Origin: Brumimicrobium ulvae
Lineage (GTDB): Bacteria > Bacteroidota > Bacteroidia > Flavobacteriales_D > Crocinitomicaceae
Assembly (NCBI GenBank): GCA_947504225.1
Contig: CANNGT010000003.1
Location: 56,288 to 120,287 of the forward strand
Length of the DNA: 64,000 nt
Direction of reading: 5' to 3'
Positions 8,456 to 19,046 of this stretch are shown in pieces. Every line of letters begins with the position of its first letter. Positions within the stretch are counted from its first letter, which is position 1. The position numbers and the translations under genes were made by a program. The notes beneath the pieces were generated by a model. It worked only from the letters and a program-made list of their open reading frames with translations, searched no databases and was not told where the DNA came from.

Positions 8456-9652
8456 TTACATTTTAATTAATCGAACCCTAAAAAGTTCTTTGGTACTGTT
8501 ATTTAAGCGGTATTTTTCATCGACACCAAACCCAAAGACGCCTAGAATATGATTTTCTGAATCCAATAAAATACGCACTTGTTCTTTTTGATGCGCAGGT
8601 ACTTTTCTATCCCTTAAAAACTTCCCCACTGATTTCAACCCTTTCATTCCTAGGGGTTGAAAATAATCTCCTGCTTGCCATTTCCGTATTGTTAGTGGTA
8701 ATTTTACTTTAGATGTATCCAAAAATAAATCGCTTGGATTGAGTTTTATGGTTCCTGTTGGATGTTTCGAAATGGCTAACTTATACTCAACGGCTTGACT
8801 TGATTCTTTCACAAAAACAAGAGCATCTCCTTCATTCCAAACTTTCGCATGGTCATTCCCAATAAACTTTCCTTTCTCTGACTTTGTGAGTCGAGCAATT
8901 TCGTCTACTGCATATTCTCCCAGGCCTTGTTCTGACAAAATATGCTGTTGAACCCACACAGGATAACTTTTCCAATCTTCAATCAGAATTGAATCAGGAA
9001 TTTTTATACTTTTTAAAAAACACAGAACCGATTGAAAAGAATGCATTAAGGGAACAACTTCATGTATTGGGAATCCTTCAGATTGCAAACAGGGCAATAC
9101 TTCATTCCTGTACCAATTTCGAGTATAATCATTCGATGCATTGGTGACATCTTCACGCCATTTCCAATCGTGTTGCTGAGCTAGTGAAATCAGCTCTTCC
9201 TTGGTGTGTTTTAACAATGGCCGTAAATAGCCTGCTCTGTATTCAGGCATACCAGAAAGTCCTTTTACCCTACCTCCTCTGCGCAATTGCAAAAAGAAAG
9301 TTTCGAGCTGATCATCATAATGGTGCCCCAATAGTACCACCGCCTGCTCTTCTCGAATAATTTGATCAAACCAATTGTACCTCAATTCACGGGCTGCTAA
9401 TTGAGTGTTTAAACGTTGACTTTTCGCATATTGCTTCGTATCAAAATCTTGTACCCGTATTGGCACATTGAGTTCTCTTGCTAGGTTTCGCACAAATAAC
9501 TCGTCCTCATTCGATGACTGCTCACGCAAATGGAAATTACAATGTAAAATTCCAACTTCGTTTTTATTCTTTGTTTCTAGCATAAGATGCAACAGCACAA
9601 TAGAATCGACTCCACCGCTGCAAGCTACCCAATATGTCGGAGCATTATTCAT
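8456..9652 (-). CDS. tilS: tRNA(Ile)-lysidine synthetase
   Basis: ACSGGVDS PP-loop, HCNFHLR, ARELRY, GHHYDDQLET, RNWYRNEV, C-terminal GLKSVGKFLRDRK. Confidence 0.93.
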   Translation of the reverse strand: MNNAPTYWVACSGGVDSIVLLHLMLETKNKNEVGILHCNFHLREQSSNEDELFVRNLARELNVPIRVQDFDTKQYAKSQRLNTQLAARELRYNWFDQIIREEQAVVLLGHHYDDQLETFFLQLRRGGRVKGLSGMPEYRAGYLRPLLKHTKEELISLAQQHDWKWREDVTNASNDYTRNWYRNEVLPCLQSEGFPIHEVVPLMHSFQSVLCFLKSIKIPDSILIEDWKSYPVWVQQHILSEQGLGEYAVDEIARLTKSEKGKFIGNDHAKVWNEGDALVFVKESSQAVEYKLAISKHPTGTIKLNPSDLFLDTSKVKLPLTIRKWQAGDYFQPLGMKGLKSVGKFLRDRKVPAHQKEQVRILLDSENHILGVFGFGVDEKYRLNNSTKELFRVRLIKM

Positions 9653-10844
9653 CTGAATTCAGTACTTCTTTTAATGCTTTGACTTTAATCATACATTCTT
9701 CGTATTCCATTTCAGGCGAAGATTTTAAGGTAATAGCGCCACCCACTGGACAACTGATATTTTTTAACTTTTCATTATACAAAATACTGCGAATAATCAC
9801 ATTGAAATCAAAGTCACCATTGGGTTTAAAATAGCCAACACTTCCAGAATAAAGTCCTCTTTTGAAGGTTTCGTGCTTTTCAATCAAATTCATTGCACTG
9901 ATTTTTGGCGCTCCCGTCATACTTCCCATTGGGAAAAGTGCTTTTAGAATTTCCAATACGCTCACCTCCTCATTGATTGTTGCTGAAACGGTAGAAATCA
10001 ATTGGTGCACCGTTTCAAAAGTATAGACTCCAAAAAGTTCATCAACTTGAACCGAGTTACGTTCAGCAATTCGAGATAAATCATTTCGGACCAAGTCAAC
10101 AATCATCACATTTTCTGCACGTTCTTTCTCACTGGCTAGCAATTCAGTTTTAAGCCGTTCATCCTTTACTGGTGTCGTTCCTCTTTTTGCTGTTCCCTTA
10201 ATCGGCTGGGTGATTAAGCGATGGCCTTCACGTTTTAAAAACCGTTCTGGACTGGCCGAAAGTAAATACCTCCCCTCCCATTCAACAAAACATGAAAAGG
10301 TAGCTTTCGTTATGTTATTTAAAGCAAAATAAGTGGGTAAAGGTGAAATTTTACAATTTTCAGCATAAAATTCTTGACAGAATGTGACCTCATAAATATT
10401 TCCCATTTGAATTTCTCCTTGGAGTTCATCAATGGTAGAAATGTAAGACTCTCTGCTTAAACCTGCTGTCAACTCAACTTTGTTTTCTGCTTTTACTTCT
10501 TGCTGACTAAGGAAATAGGCAATAAAATCAATGGCTTTTTGATCTGCTGAACCTTTCAGAAAAACTGGATTCCCATTTTCGTCCCATTTCACAACATAAC
10601 GTGGCACAAAAAAACCAACTGTTGGAAATTGAATTCGGTCCGAATGCTCAGATTTTAAATTTTCAATGTCATTTTTCAAATCGTAAGAAAGGAATCCAAA
10701 ACGATAGTCATCTTCAAACTTTTCAATAAATGAAGCTGTCTTTTCAAGGCAATTTTCTTCTTCACATTCAAACACTTCTATAGGATCAAATGCAAGAAGC
10801 GATTCGTTTTTGTTATTCGTTAAAAAGGTAAAGATATTTTTCAT
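9645..10844 (-). CDS. pabB: Aminodeoxychorismate synthase component I (chorismate-binding, anthranilate synthase I family)
   Basis: SASPERF, PIKGT, KERAENVMIVDLVRNDL, FPMGSMTGAPK, RGLYSG. ATG at 10844 preferred over TTG at 10847. Confidence 0.8.
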   Translation of the reverse strand: MKNIFTFLTNNKNESLLAFDPIEVFECEEENCLEKTASFIEKFEDDYRFGFLSYDLKNDIENLKSEHSDRIQFPTVGFFVPRYVVKWDENGNPVFLKGSADQKAIDFIAYFLSQQEVKAENKVELTAGLSRESYISTIDELQGEIQMGNIYEVTFCQEFYAENCKISPLPTYFALNNITKATFSCFVEWEGRYLLSASPERFLKREGHRLITQPIKGTAKRGTTPVKDERLKTELLASEKERAENVMIVDLVRNDLSRIAERNSVQVDELFGVYTFETVHQLISTVSATINEEVSVLEILKALFPMGSMTGAPKISAMNLIEKHETFKRGLYSGSVGYFKPNGDFDFNVIIRSILYNEKLKNISCPVGGAITLKSSPEMEYEECMIKVKALKEVLNSDE

Positions 10845-10899
10845 CAAAAAAATTATTCCTTATTATTACAATGCAAATACGAAAGTAATAAATAATAAC

Positions 10900-11835
10900 A
10901 TGAAGCATTTAAATTGGTCCATTCTAGTTGTCATGATTTTTTCAATTCCTCTTTTTTCAATTGCTCAAAAAGAAAAAGAAGTCAAAGTTAAAATGGAGGA
11001 CGAAATACTTTACGGGAGTTTAATTAGTGTTGCTGAAAAATCGAAAGCACCGGTGGTAATCATCATTCCAGGTTCTGGTCCGACAGACAGAAACGGAAAC
11101 AGCATGATGATTCAAGCCAATAGTTACCGCATGTTGGCTGAGGAATTAGCCGAACATGGCATTGCTAGTTTACGCTATGACAAATTAATGGTAGGCAAAA
11201 GTAAAAGCGATAAATCAGAAGGTGATCTACGATTTCAAGACAATGTTGATCAAGTAAACGCATGCATTGATTATTTAAAAAAGAAGAAATACACCAATAT
11301 TATTTTAATCGGTCATTCTGAAGGTTCATTGATTGGTATGTTGGCAGCCCAACAACGCGAGGTAAACAAATTTATATCATTTGCTGGAACGGGAAGAAGC
11401 ATCGATGAAGTATTAATTGAGCAAATTACAGCTCAATCGCCTGGGTATACTGAAGAAGTTAAACGCATTTTATTAAAACTTAAAAAAGGCGAAGAAGTAG
11501 ATGATTTCAATACAGATTTAGCTTCTTTATTTCGTAAGAGTGTACAACCCTATTTAATTTCTTGGTTAAAATATTCGCCACAAGAAGAAATTCAAAAGCT
11601 CGAAATTCCAACATTGATATTGCATGGAACATCAGACATTCAAGTTTCTGAAGAGGACGCTGTATTACAGCATGAAGCAAATCCCGAAGCAGAATTAAAA
11701 ATCATTGATGGAATGAATCACATTTTTAAAGCTGCTTCTGAGAACAGGGAAGAAAATATCCAAACCTACTTAAATCCTAAGTTGCCTTTACACGAAGAAT
11801 TGATTCCTGTTCTCACAGGATTTATTCTTGAGTAA
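10900..11835 (+). CDS. Secreted alpha/beta hydrolase (serine peptidase/esterase-like)
   Basis: Start moved to ATG 10900 (MKHLNWSILVV signal peptide); GSGPTDRNGN, GHSEG, HGTSD, MNH motifs. Confidence 0.85.
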   Translation: MKHLNWSILVVMIFSIPLFSIAQKEKEVKVKMEDEILYGSLISVAEKSKAPVVIIIPGSGPTDRNGNSMMIQANSYRMLAEELAEHGIASLRYDKLMVGKSKSDKSEGDLRFQDNVDQVNACIDYLKKKKYTNIILIGHSEGSLIGMLAAQQREVNKFISFAGTGRSIDEVLIEQITAQSPGYTEEVKRILLKLKKGEEVDDFNTDLASLFRKSVQPYLISWLKYSPQEEIQKLEIPTLILHGTSDIQVSEEDAVLQHEANPEAELKIIDGMNHIFKAASENREENIQTYLNPKLPLHEELIPVLTGFILE

Positions 11836-11836
11836 T

Positions 11837-14800
11837 CTACCTCAATAAATTAACATGTCCGGTATGCGTATGATGTTTATCTGACATTGTTTCTTTGAAT
11901 TTAATTTTCCATACATAAGTCCCTTCTTTAACGATTTTCCTGCCCTCTACTCCGTAGGTTCCATCCCAACCTATATCGGTATCATGAGACTCAAAGACCA
12001 GCTCTCCCCATCGGTTAAAGATGTACAAAGTGTAGTTTTGAGGATCAAATCCATGGGTAAAAATCGGTTTGAATGATTCGTTGAACTTATCCTGATCTGG
12101 AGTAAAAGTATTTGGAACATAAAATATTATTTTGTCCTTTACATCCACAACTGCAAAAGCAGTATCAATACACCCCTCAATTGTACTTGAGATTAACCTT
12201 ATCCTATGCTCTAATGGTTCTGGACTAAATTCGAAGATTGGATTCGTTACAGTTGAAGAACCTTGATTTCCGAAGGTCCAATTGTAATAATCAGCATATA
12301 AAGAAGTGTTGTAAAACTCTACTTCAGGATCTATCACATCAGGATCATTCGGTTCATAATAAAAATCAGCCACCGGATTGTGATAAACTTCTATGTAGCT
12401 ATTCTCAGAATGCGACCTCACACAGCCTTCATTCGATGTAACTGTCAGAGTCAATCCATAATAAATATTTTCGCCCGTTGGATTGTTATAACAATCATTC
12501 AACACTGGTCCATTATGCGTTTCTCCATTTGACAAAGTCCATTCAAACTGATCTAATGTAGAAGGTGAATTTATCGTAGTAGTACTCGAGACTTCTGGGC
12601 AAATTGGTGAACACCCTGTCAAGTTAACACCCGAAAAACTCACTACAGGCAATGGGTGTACGGTTACTGTTTTTGTAATCTCTTCGCGACATCCGTTATT
12701 GGTAACTACTTCCAATGTCGCATTATAAGTTCCATCAGCAGTATAAGCATTGATTGGGTTTTGTTGAACACTGTATGAGCCATCACCAAAATCCCAAGAC
12801 CATTGCACCACATTATTTGTCGTATGATCATTGGAGACGGTAGACAAATCAAAGAATTCATTAACGTCTTCAAGACAGACATTTGTTGGTGTAAAGTCAG
12901 GTACTGGCAATGGATAAACCTCTACAGGATGCGTGATCGAATCTTTACATCCATAATTGGTTGTGATGACCAATTGCGCATCATAAACATTTTCAACATT
13001 ATAATTATGAGTAGGATTTTCAATATTAGAAGTGTTTCCATTTCCGAAACTCCAAGCGTAATCGACAATTGCATCAGCATCTACGGGAACAACGTTTGAT
13101 TGATTAACAAAAGTCGTTGTTGTATCCTCACAAACTGCATCAACAGTAAATTGAGCTTCTGGCAATGCATAAACCGTCACTTGTTGCATCAAGGTATCTC
13201 GACAACCGTTAGAAGTTTCAACAATATGTGTTACATCATAGAAGCCATCACTTGGAAAAACGTGATTAAATGAATCTACAAAATAATCTACACTTCCATC
13301 ACTTGTGATGTCCCAAAAATAATCAGCAATTGTACCACCATTGGCAAGGGCAGTACTTTCGATCAACATACTTTGTTCATCACAAACATTAGTAAAGTTA
13401 AAATCAGCAATAGGATTAATAAACACCTCCACTGAATGAACTGTATCGTTAACACAGCCACTATCAGAGACCGCTGTTAGCTGAACGTTATAGTTTCCAC
13501 TTGCTGCATAAACATGACTTGGACTGAATAGCGTTGCAGTAATCCCATCATCGAAATCCCAATTCCAAGAATCGATTTGACCAATTGAGATACTGGATTG
13601 ATTCACAAGAAACGTGGTATCTCCTAAGCATTCGTCATCCCAATTGAAATCAACACTTGGATTAGGATTGACAAAAACAGACACTATGGTATCATGTTCA
13701 CATCCAATGCTATCAGTAACACGAAGTCGAATATCATTTCCACCCGACGTAGGAATAATATGTGATGGATTTTGTATTGTGGCATCATCAATCATGTCCT
13801 GGTCAAAGTCCCATTCCCAATCATAAATTGGATAATCACCAGGGACAGACAAATCAGAAAACTGTGTTACATCTCCTTCACAGACGATATTAAAATCAAA
13901 CAGAGCGGTTGGATAAACAGGAGGATCTACAACATAATCAACACGTTCACAACGTGCACCAATAGTATACCTCAGATTATACTCGCCCGCTTGTAATCCA
14001 TTGGCTGAAATATTAAGAATAGAATCTGTCTCTCCTACAAGCGCTACTCCCTCATAATACCATTGCCAAGTTCCTCCTACACTATCTGCTTCAGCAGTCA
14101 ATGTAACGTCATTGGTACAAAAACTACCTGTTTCTTCAATGGTTATCGTATTAAAGAAATTATTTGAAGCTAAAATCAAGTTATCGTACACAAAGTAAGC
14201 ATAACACCCCCCTCCATAATCGCCAGGCAGCGGTCCGCATGGTGGTCCAATCATGATTGCATTAATATCTGTAGCTGGGGTAATGTCAATAGTAATCACC
14301 CCCCATGCTCCCATTGGAGTATACGTTTGAGACCCTATTAACGTCCAACTTGGGTCACTAGAAGAAGGGCAATTGGTTGTATTTACAGGTAAGGAACCAC
14401 AATTGGCCGCTCCAAATATTGACACATCAACATCACCATATGTTTTAGTACAAGCTCCACCCATTCCTGTTATTCCAAAAGATGCAATTTGAAAAGATAA
14501 AGTGTAAGTTTCACCGGCTAAAAGTGGGCTGATTAAACATGAACCGATATATTCTTTCCAACCATCAGAGTAGATCGCTCCAACATAGGCATCACCATCG
14601 GGTGGTGTTAAGCCTGCATTGTTAAAAGCAGGGAAGTTATATCCACAATTAAAATAATCGGAAGTTGCTGTTGTTGCTTGAATCCACGTATCTGCACAAC
14701 TCAATTGCGAGAAAGAAGAAGGACAACAATTTCGGTCTTCAAAGGATGGATTTGGAATTAAGGAAGGAATATTCTGAGGAACTCCAAACCCCTCACAATC

Positions 14801-14920
14801 ACAAGCGGTATCGTTTAAATCAATTAAACCGTTTCCGTCATCATCGATTCCATTATCACATATTTCCTGCCCAATTAACACATTGCCGAAAAGGATAAAA
14901 AGTAGTAGTAGTCTTTTCAT
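11837..14920 (-). CDS. PKD-repeat protein with gliding-motility-associated (type B) T9SS C-terminal domain
   Basis: Start at ATG 14920 (MKRLLLL); CDNGIDDDGNG motif; several WxWDFGDG PKD repeats; C-terminal YVPNTFTPD...GWDGT...GTYVW. Confidence 0.9.
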   Translation of the reverse strand: MKRLLLLFILFGNVLIGQEICDNGIDDDGNGLIDLNDTACDCEGFGVPQNIPSLIPNPSFEDRNCCPSSFSQLSCADTWIQATTATSDYFNCGYNFPAFNNAGLTPPDGDAYVGAIYSDGWKEYIGSCLISPLLAGETYTLSFQIASFGITGMGGACTKTYGDVDVSIFGAANCGSLPVNTTNCPSSSDPSWTLIGSQTYTPMGAWGVITIDITPATDINAIMIGPPCGPLPGDYGGGCYAYFVYDNLILASNNFFNTITIEETGSFCTNDVTLTAEADSVGGTWQWYYEGVALVGETDSILNISANGLQAGEYNLRYTIGARCERVDYVVDPPVYPTALFDFNIVCEGDVTQFSDLSVPGDYPIYDWEWDFDQDMIDDATIQNPSHIIPTSGGNDIRLRVTDSIGCEHDTIVSVFVNPNPSVDFNWDDECLGDTTFLVNQSSISIGQIDSWNWDFDDGITATLFSPSHVYAASGNYNVQLTAVSDSGCVNDTVHSVEVFINPIADFNFTNVCDEQSMLIESTALANGGTIADYFWDITSDGSVDYFVDSFNHVFPSDGFYDVTHIVETSNGCRDTLMQQVTVYALPEAQFTVDAVCEDTTTTFVNQSNVVPVDADAIVDYAWSFGNGNTSNIENPTHNYNVENVYDAQLVITTNYGCKDSITHPVEVYPLPVPDFTPTNVCLEDVNEFFDLSTVSNDHTTNNVVQWSWDFGDGSYSVQQNPINAYTADGTYNATLEVVTNNGCREEITKTVTVHPLPVVSFSGVNLTGCSPICPEVSSTTTINSPSTLDQFEWTLSNGETHNGPVLNDCYNNPTGENIYYGLTLTVTSNEGCVRSHSENSYIEVYHNPVADFYYEPNDPDVIDPEVEFYNTSLYADYYNWTFGNQGSSTVTNPIFEFSPEPLEHRIRLISSTIEGCIDTAFAVVDVKDKIIFYVPNTFTPDQDKFNESFKPIFTHGFDPQNYTLYIFNRWGELVFESHDTDIGWDGTYGVEGRKIVKEGTYVWKIKFKETMSDKHHTHTGHVNLLR

Positions 14921-15135
14921 TATGTAGAGATTTTGATTAGAACATGTTGAAGGTAATAAAAACATTACAACCTTCTATATAGTTTAACGACAGACTTTTA
15001 GTCTGCGTTGCTTATTTCATACTATTTTTAATTTATTTCTAAAAATGACTATAACCAATTCAAAGAAAAATAGTTACAACACATTTCATTTAATCATACC
15101 TACGCAATAAAATTACAGAAAAGTCTTAGGGCTTA

Positions 15136-16161
15136 TTAATGGATTCTTGCTCTGGTTTGGTGTTTCTCTAACAAGGTATATCTAAACATAAATTCGATAC
15201 CTCCACGTCCTTTGCTGGCCTGAGTAAGTGAGGACAAGTTCAAATCATAAGATATTCCTAAAGCATATCCGTTGTAGTCAATCAGTAATTTATTAACGAA
15301 GGCGTCTCCAAAACGGTAGAATGGTCCATAAGCAATAGAAAAACCTTCTCTCAAGCTTGTTCTTGACGATGATTTTATGATATGATACTTGATGTAAGTC
15401 CCAAGATAAATTTCTTGGTGCGTACCTTGACGTTGATAATACAAAGCAGGCATTAATGCAATGGGTGAGCGATCAACAACAAATTCTGACTCAACAAATC
15501 CTGTAAATCGAATTTCTAAATCATCATTCCCTCCCTGCAAGAAAGAGTAATCTGGTCTTGTTAAATGATACGCAGCAGCCCCAATAGTCAAATTATAGCC
15601 ATCTGATCGAAAGGTGTTTTCGGTTAGTGAATTGTGATTGTAAACAAATCCACCTCCCACATCAACATATCCAAAACTTGTTTGTCTGAAACTTTCTCCG
15701 CTGATCATATTTTGGTCGAAATCTGTTCCATTGTGCTGACTTGCATACAGACCGTCAACACTTCCAATACCGCGCTGTCCATATCCTGCCTGAAGCCCTA
15801 AACCAAAAGTGCTAGAACGGTTAATTCTCAAATGATAAGCCACAGAAAGATTAACATTCGAAGTAGTCATACGTAAATCTCCAGCAATATCATGATAGAA
15901 ATTAATACCAGCTGCTAGAAAGCCTTTATTTCTTCGAGGTTCTTCAAACTTCATATCAAAAGAAGCGCCCATGGTGGTGAATGGATCGGCCACACTATTC
16001 CACTGCGTTCGATAATTGACAATTGCGTTGTACTTTCCATTCAATCCTGCGGCACCTGGATTCACATTAAGAGGCGCGAATTTCATTTGTGAAAAATGAA
16101 TGTCTTGTGCAAAAACCTGAACAACAAAGAGGACAGCAACGAAGACGTTGATGAATTTCAT
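15136..16161 (-). CDS. PorP/SprF family T9SS outer-membrane protein
   Basis: AQDIHFSQ...NPG..G...NYRTQW N-terminus; SYDLNLSSL...GGIEF C-terminus; start at ATG 16161. Confidence 0.9.
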   Translation of the reverse strand: MKFINVFVAVLFVVQVFAQDIHFSQMKFAPLNVNPGAAGLNGKYNAIVNYRTQWNSVADPFTTMGASFDMKFEEPRRNKGFLAAGINFYHDIAGDLRMTTSNVNLSVAYHLRINRSSTFGLGLQAGYGQRGIGSVDGLYASQHNGTDFDQNMISGESFRQTSFGYVDVGGGFVYNHNSLTENTFRSDGYNLTIGAAAYHLTRPDYSFLQGGNDDLEIRFTGFVESEFVVDRSPIALMPALYYQRQGTHQEIYLGTYIKYHIIKSSSRTSLREGFSIAYGPFYRFGDAFVNKLLIDYNGYALGISYDLNLSSLTQASKGRGGIEFMFRYTLLEKHQTRARIH

Positions 16162-16253
16162 TAAGTTATTTTGTGTAGTGTTTTTCAATCTGTGATAAAT
16201 ATAAACAATTCTGTTTAGAAATACAGACGTAAGTCAAGTCAAAAAGGTTGAAT

Positions 16254-16282
16254 AAAAAAACCCCAACATTGCTGTTGAGGTT
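16254..16282 (-). terminator. Intrinsic terminator after pnp
   Basis: Minus strand AACCTCAACA-GCAA-TGTTGGGGTTTTTTT. Confidence 0.75.
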
Positions 16283-16305
16283 AATTATTTGATCAAGAAT
16301 AAGGA

Positions 16306-18444
16306 TTAATCCTCAGTCTTTTCTGTTTTTTCTAAAAGTACTTTTCTAGAAAGTTTCCATTTCTTAGATTTTGGATCACGACCCACTACTTTAAATTTCA
16401 GCACATCACCTTCTTTGGCAACATCTTCCATTTTAGTAATACGTTCATTTGCAAATTCAGAAACGTGGATTAAACCATCTGTACCAGGTAAGATTTCAAC
16501 GAAAACTCCGTAAGCCTGAACAGACTTCACTTTCCCCTCATAGATTTCACCTTCTTCAACAGTTGGAGGGAATGCGATATCACGAATTGACTTCGTTGCC
16601 GCATTCATTGGCTCAGCTCCTTCTGCTAAGATTTGAACAATACCTTCTCCTGTTTTCTCATCCTCTTCAATCATTACAGTTGCACCTGTATCTTTTTGAA
16701 TTTGTTGGATGATTTTCCCACCAGGTCCGATGATTGCACCAATCGCTTCATTAGGAACGCGAATAGATTCAACACGTGGAGCGTAAGGTTTAAGTTCTGC
16801 TCTTGGCTCAGCAATCGTTTTCAAGATTTCTCCTAAGATGTGAAGACGTCCAGCTTTTGCTTGTTCTAAAGCTTCAGTCAATACTTCATATGGCAATCCA
16901 TCAACTTTAATGTCCATTTGACACGCCGTAATTCCTTTTGCCGTACCTGTAATTTTGAAGTCCATATCTCCTAAGTGATCTTCGTCTCCTAAGATGTCAG
17001 ACAACACAGCGTATTTTCCTTCTTTGTTCATGATTAATCCCATCGCGATTCCAGATACTGGAGCCTTAATTGGAATACCACCATCCATCAATGCAAGAGT
17101 ACCTGCACAAACAGTTGCCATAGAAGAAGAACCGTTAGATTCTAAAATTTCAGAAACCAAACGAATGGTGTAAGGATTGTCTTCTGGCAATACATACTTT
17201 AATGCACGCAATGCCAAGTTACCATGTCCAATTTCACGACGAGAAACCCCTCTAATTGGATAAGCTTCTCCCGTACTAAACGGCGGGAAGTTGTAGTGTA
17301 GCATGAATTTTTCTGTTCCTTGCTTTGTTGCAGAGTCGATCATTTGCTCTTGCATCTTACCCCCTAATGTAAGTGTTGTCAATGATTGTGTTTCACCACG
17401 TGTAAACACAGCAGAACCGTGAACCATTGGTAAGTAATCTACTTCACTCCAAATTGGACGAATTTCATCAAACTTTCTACCATCTAATCGGATGCGCTCA
17501 TTTAAGATTACATCACGTACAGCCTCTTTCATTGTTTTTGAGAAGTACGAACCGATTAACTTTTCGTTTTCAGCCAATTCTTCTTCGGTAAACAATGCTT
17601 TAACCTCTTCTTTGATTGCTTTGAATCCTTCAGAACGTTTATTTTTATCAGCAGAACCTTGACGTGCAACCTCTTGACATTTTGCGTAAGCAAAGTCTTG
17701 GATTTTCTTCTCAAAATCTGCGTTACTATCTTCATGGTTATACTCACGTTTTGGAGATGAAGCAGGAACTTCAGCGGCCAAATCGATTTGGAACTGACAT
17801 TGTAGTTTAATCGCTTCGTGCGCAATTTTAATCGCTTCAATCAATTCAGATTCTTGCGCTTCATGCATTTCACCTTCGATCATTACAACGTCTTTCATTG
17901 TACCTGCAATCATCAACTCCATATCTGCTTTCTCTAATTCAGAAACCAATGGGTTAACGATAAATTCACCATCAACACGTGCTATACGTACTTCAGACAT
18001 AGGTCCGTTAAATGGAATATCTGAAACAGCTAAAGCTGCAGAAGCAGCAAATCCAGCCAATGTATCTGGCATATGTTCACCATCGTAAGACATCATTTGA
18101 ATCATCACCTGCGTTTCAGCATGATAATCATCTGGAAACAATGGACGCAATGCTCTATCTACTAAACGCATAATTAAGACCTCCATATCAGAAGGACGCG
18201 CTTCACGACGTAAGAACCCACCAGGGATACGTCCAGCTGCCGCAAATTTTTCGCGGTAATCAACTGTTAATGGAAGGAAATCAATTCCTTCTTTAGCTTC
18301 TTTTGAAGACACAGCTGTAGCTAATAAAACTGTGTTGCCCATTTGTAACACTACCGAACCGTCGGCCTGCTTTGCAAGCTTACCCGTTTCTACAGAGATC
18401 TCTTTACCTCCAATAGTGATGGACTTTTTTATTCCTATATTCAT
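16306..18444 (-). CDS. pnp: Polyribonucleotide nucleotidyltransferase
   Basis: [35 protein letters not shown], then KH and S1 domains. Confidence 0.98.
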   Translation of the reverse strand: MNIGIKKSITIGGKEISVETGKLAKQADGSVVLQMGNTVLLATAVSSKEAKEGIDFLPLTVDYREKFAAAGRIPGGFLRREARPSDMEVLIMRLVDRALRPLFPDDYHAETQVMIQMMSYDGEHMPDTLAGFAASAALAVSDIPFNGPMSEVRIARVDGEFIVNPLVSELEKADMELMIAGTMKDVVMIEGEMHEAQESELIEAIKIAHEAIKLQCQFQIDLAAEVPASSPKREYNHEDSNADFEKKIQDFAYAKCQEVARQGSADKNKRSEGFKAIKEEVKALFTEEELAENEKLIGSYFSKTMKEAVRDVILNERIRLDGRKFDEIRPIWSEVDYLPMVHGSAVFTRGETQSLTTLTLGGKMQEQMIDSATKQGTEKFMLHYNFPPFSTGEAYPIRGVSRREIGHGNLALRALKYVLPEDNPYTIRLVSEILESNGSSSMATVCAGTLALMDGGIPIKAPVSGIAMGLIMNKEGKYAVLSDILGDEDHLGDMDFKITGTAKGITACQMDIKVDGLPYEVLTEALEQAKAGRLHILGEILKTIAEPRAELKPYAPRVESIRVPNEAIGAIIGPGGKIIQQIQKDTGATVMIEEDEKTGEGIVQILAEGAEPMNAATKSIRDIAFPPTVEEGEIYEGKVKSVQAYGVFVEILPGTDGLIHVSEFANERITKMEDVAKEGDVLKFKVVGRDPKSKKWKLSRKVLLEKTEKTED

Positions 18445-18500
18445 ATTTATATATTTACATTTTTGTTTTATAACAAGTTTTCAAACTCTGTGTTATGCTT

Positions 18501-18523
18501 ACTTCGGCACGCTCAGCACAAGT
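18501..18523. repeat. REP-like element (CTTCG...GCTCAGCACAAG type)
   Basis: ACTTCGGCACGCTCAGCACAAGT with inverted ends; an 11-nt core CTGAGCGTGCC recurs inverted at 20371-20381. Confidence 0.45.
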
Positions 18524-18653
18524 GTTTTTTATTGCGGTCATTCAGACGTTTACAGTCGGGATTCCACCACTAAAAAGACTTCACATGCCTTGCCTTTTAA
18601 AAACTTCTTATCAAAAAATTAAAGAACTTAGTTTCCCTAACTTTCATTTTAGC

Positions 18654-18694
18654 AAAAAAGGGGAACTTCGAATCTCTTCGACTGCCCCCCTTTT
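18654..18694 (-). terminator. Intrinsic terminator after rpsO
   Basis: Minus strand GGGGGGCAG-TCGAAGAGATTCGA-AGTTCCCC followed by TTTTTT. Confidence 0.65.
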
Positions 18695-18717
18695 CCTATA
18701 AATTTATTGATCGAGAA

Positions 18718-18987
18718 TTATCTTCTCAATCCTAATTCTTTAACAATCTCACGGTAACGTACGATGTCTTTTTTCTTTAAGTAATCCAAAAGACTTCTTC
18801 TCTTACCTACTAACAACTGAAGTGCACGTTGCGTTCCATAATCTTTACGATTTTTCTTCAAGTGCTCAGTCAAGTGGCTGATGCGGTAAGTGAATAAAGC
18901 AATCTGCCCTTCTGCAGAACCAGTGTCGTTTTCAGACTTACCGTGCTTTTTGAAAATCTCTTTTTTCTTTTCTGTTGATAAATACAT
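18718..18987 (-). CDS. rpsO: 30S ribosomal protein S15
   Basis: 89 aa; DTGSAEGQIALFT, HKKD-equivalent NRKD, LVGKRRSLLDYL. Confidence 0.98.
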   Translation of the reverse strand: MYLSTEKKKEIFKKHGKSENDTGSAEGQIALFTYRISHLTEHLKKNRKDYGTQRALQLLVGKRRSLLDYLKKKDIVRYREIVKELGLRR

Positions 18988-19046
18988 TCCAATATTATTT
19001 TAATGATTTTTATGTACGTGTTACTTTTAACACAGCTGCAAAGATA
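18988..19046 (-). promoter_or_regulatory. rpsO promoter (-7 box) and leader hairpin, candidate S15 autoregulatory leader
   Basis: TATCTTTG at 19046-19039; hairpin GTGTTA-AAAG-TAACAC (19018-19033) inside the short leader. Confidence 0.55.

Noticed and set aside
9645-10844. trpE (anthranilate synthase)
   Set aside because: Short (400 aa), no trp genes adjacent, and the FPMGSMTGAPK variant with tilS linkage fits Bacteroidota PabB better; not fully excluded.
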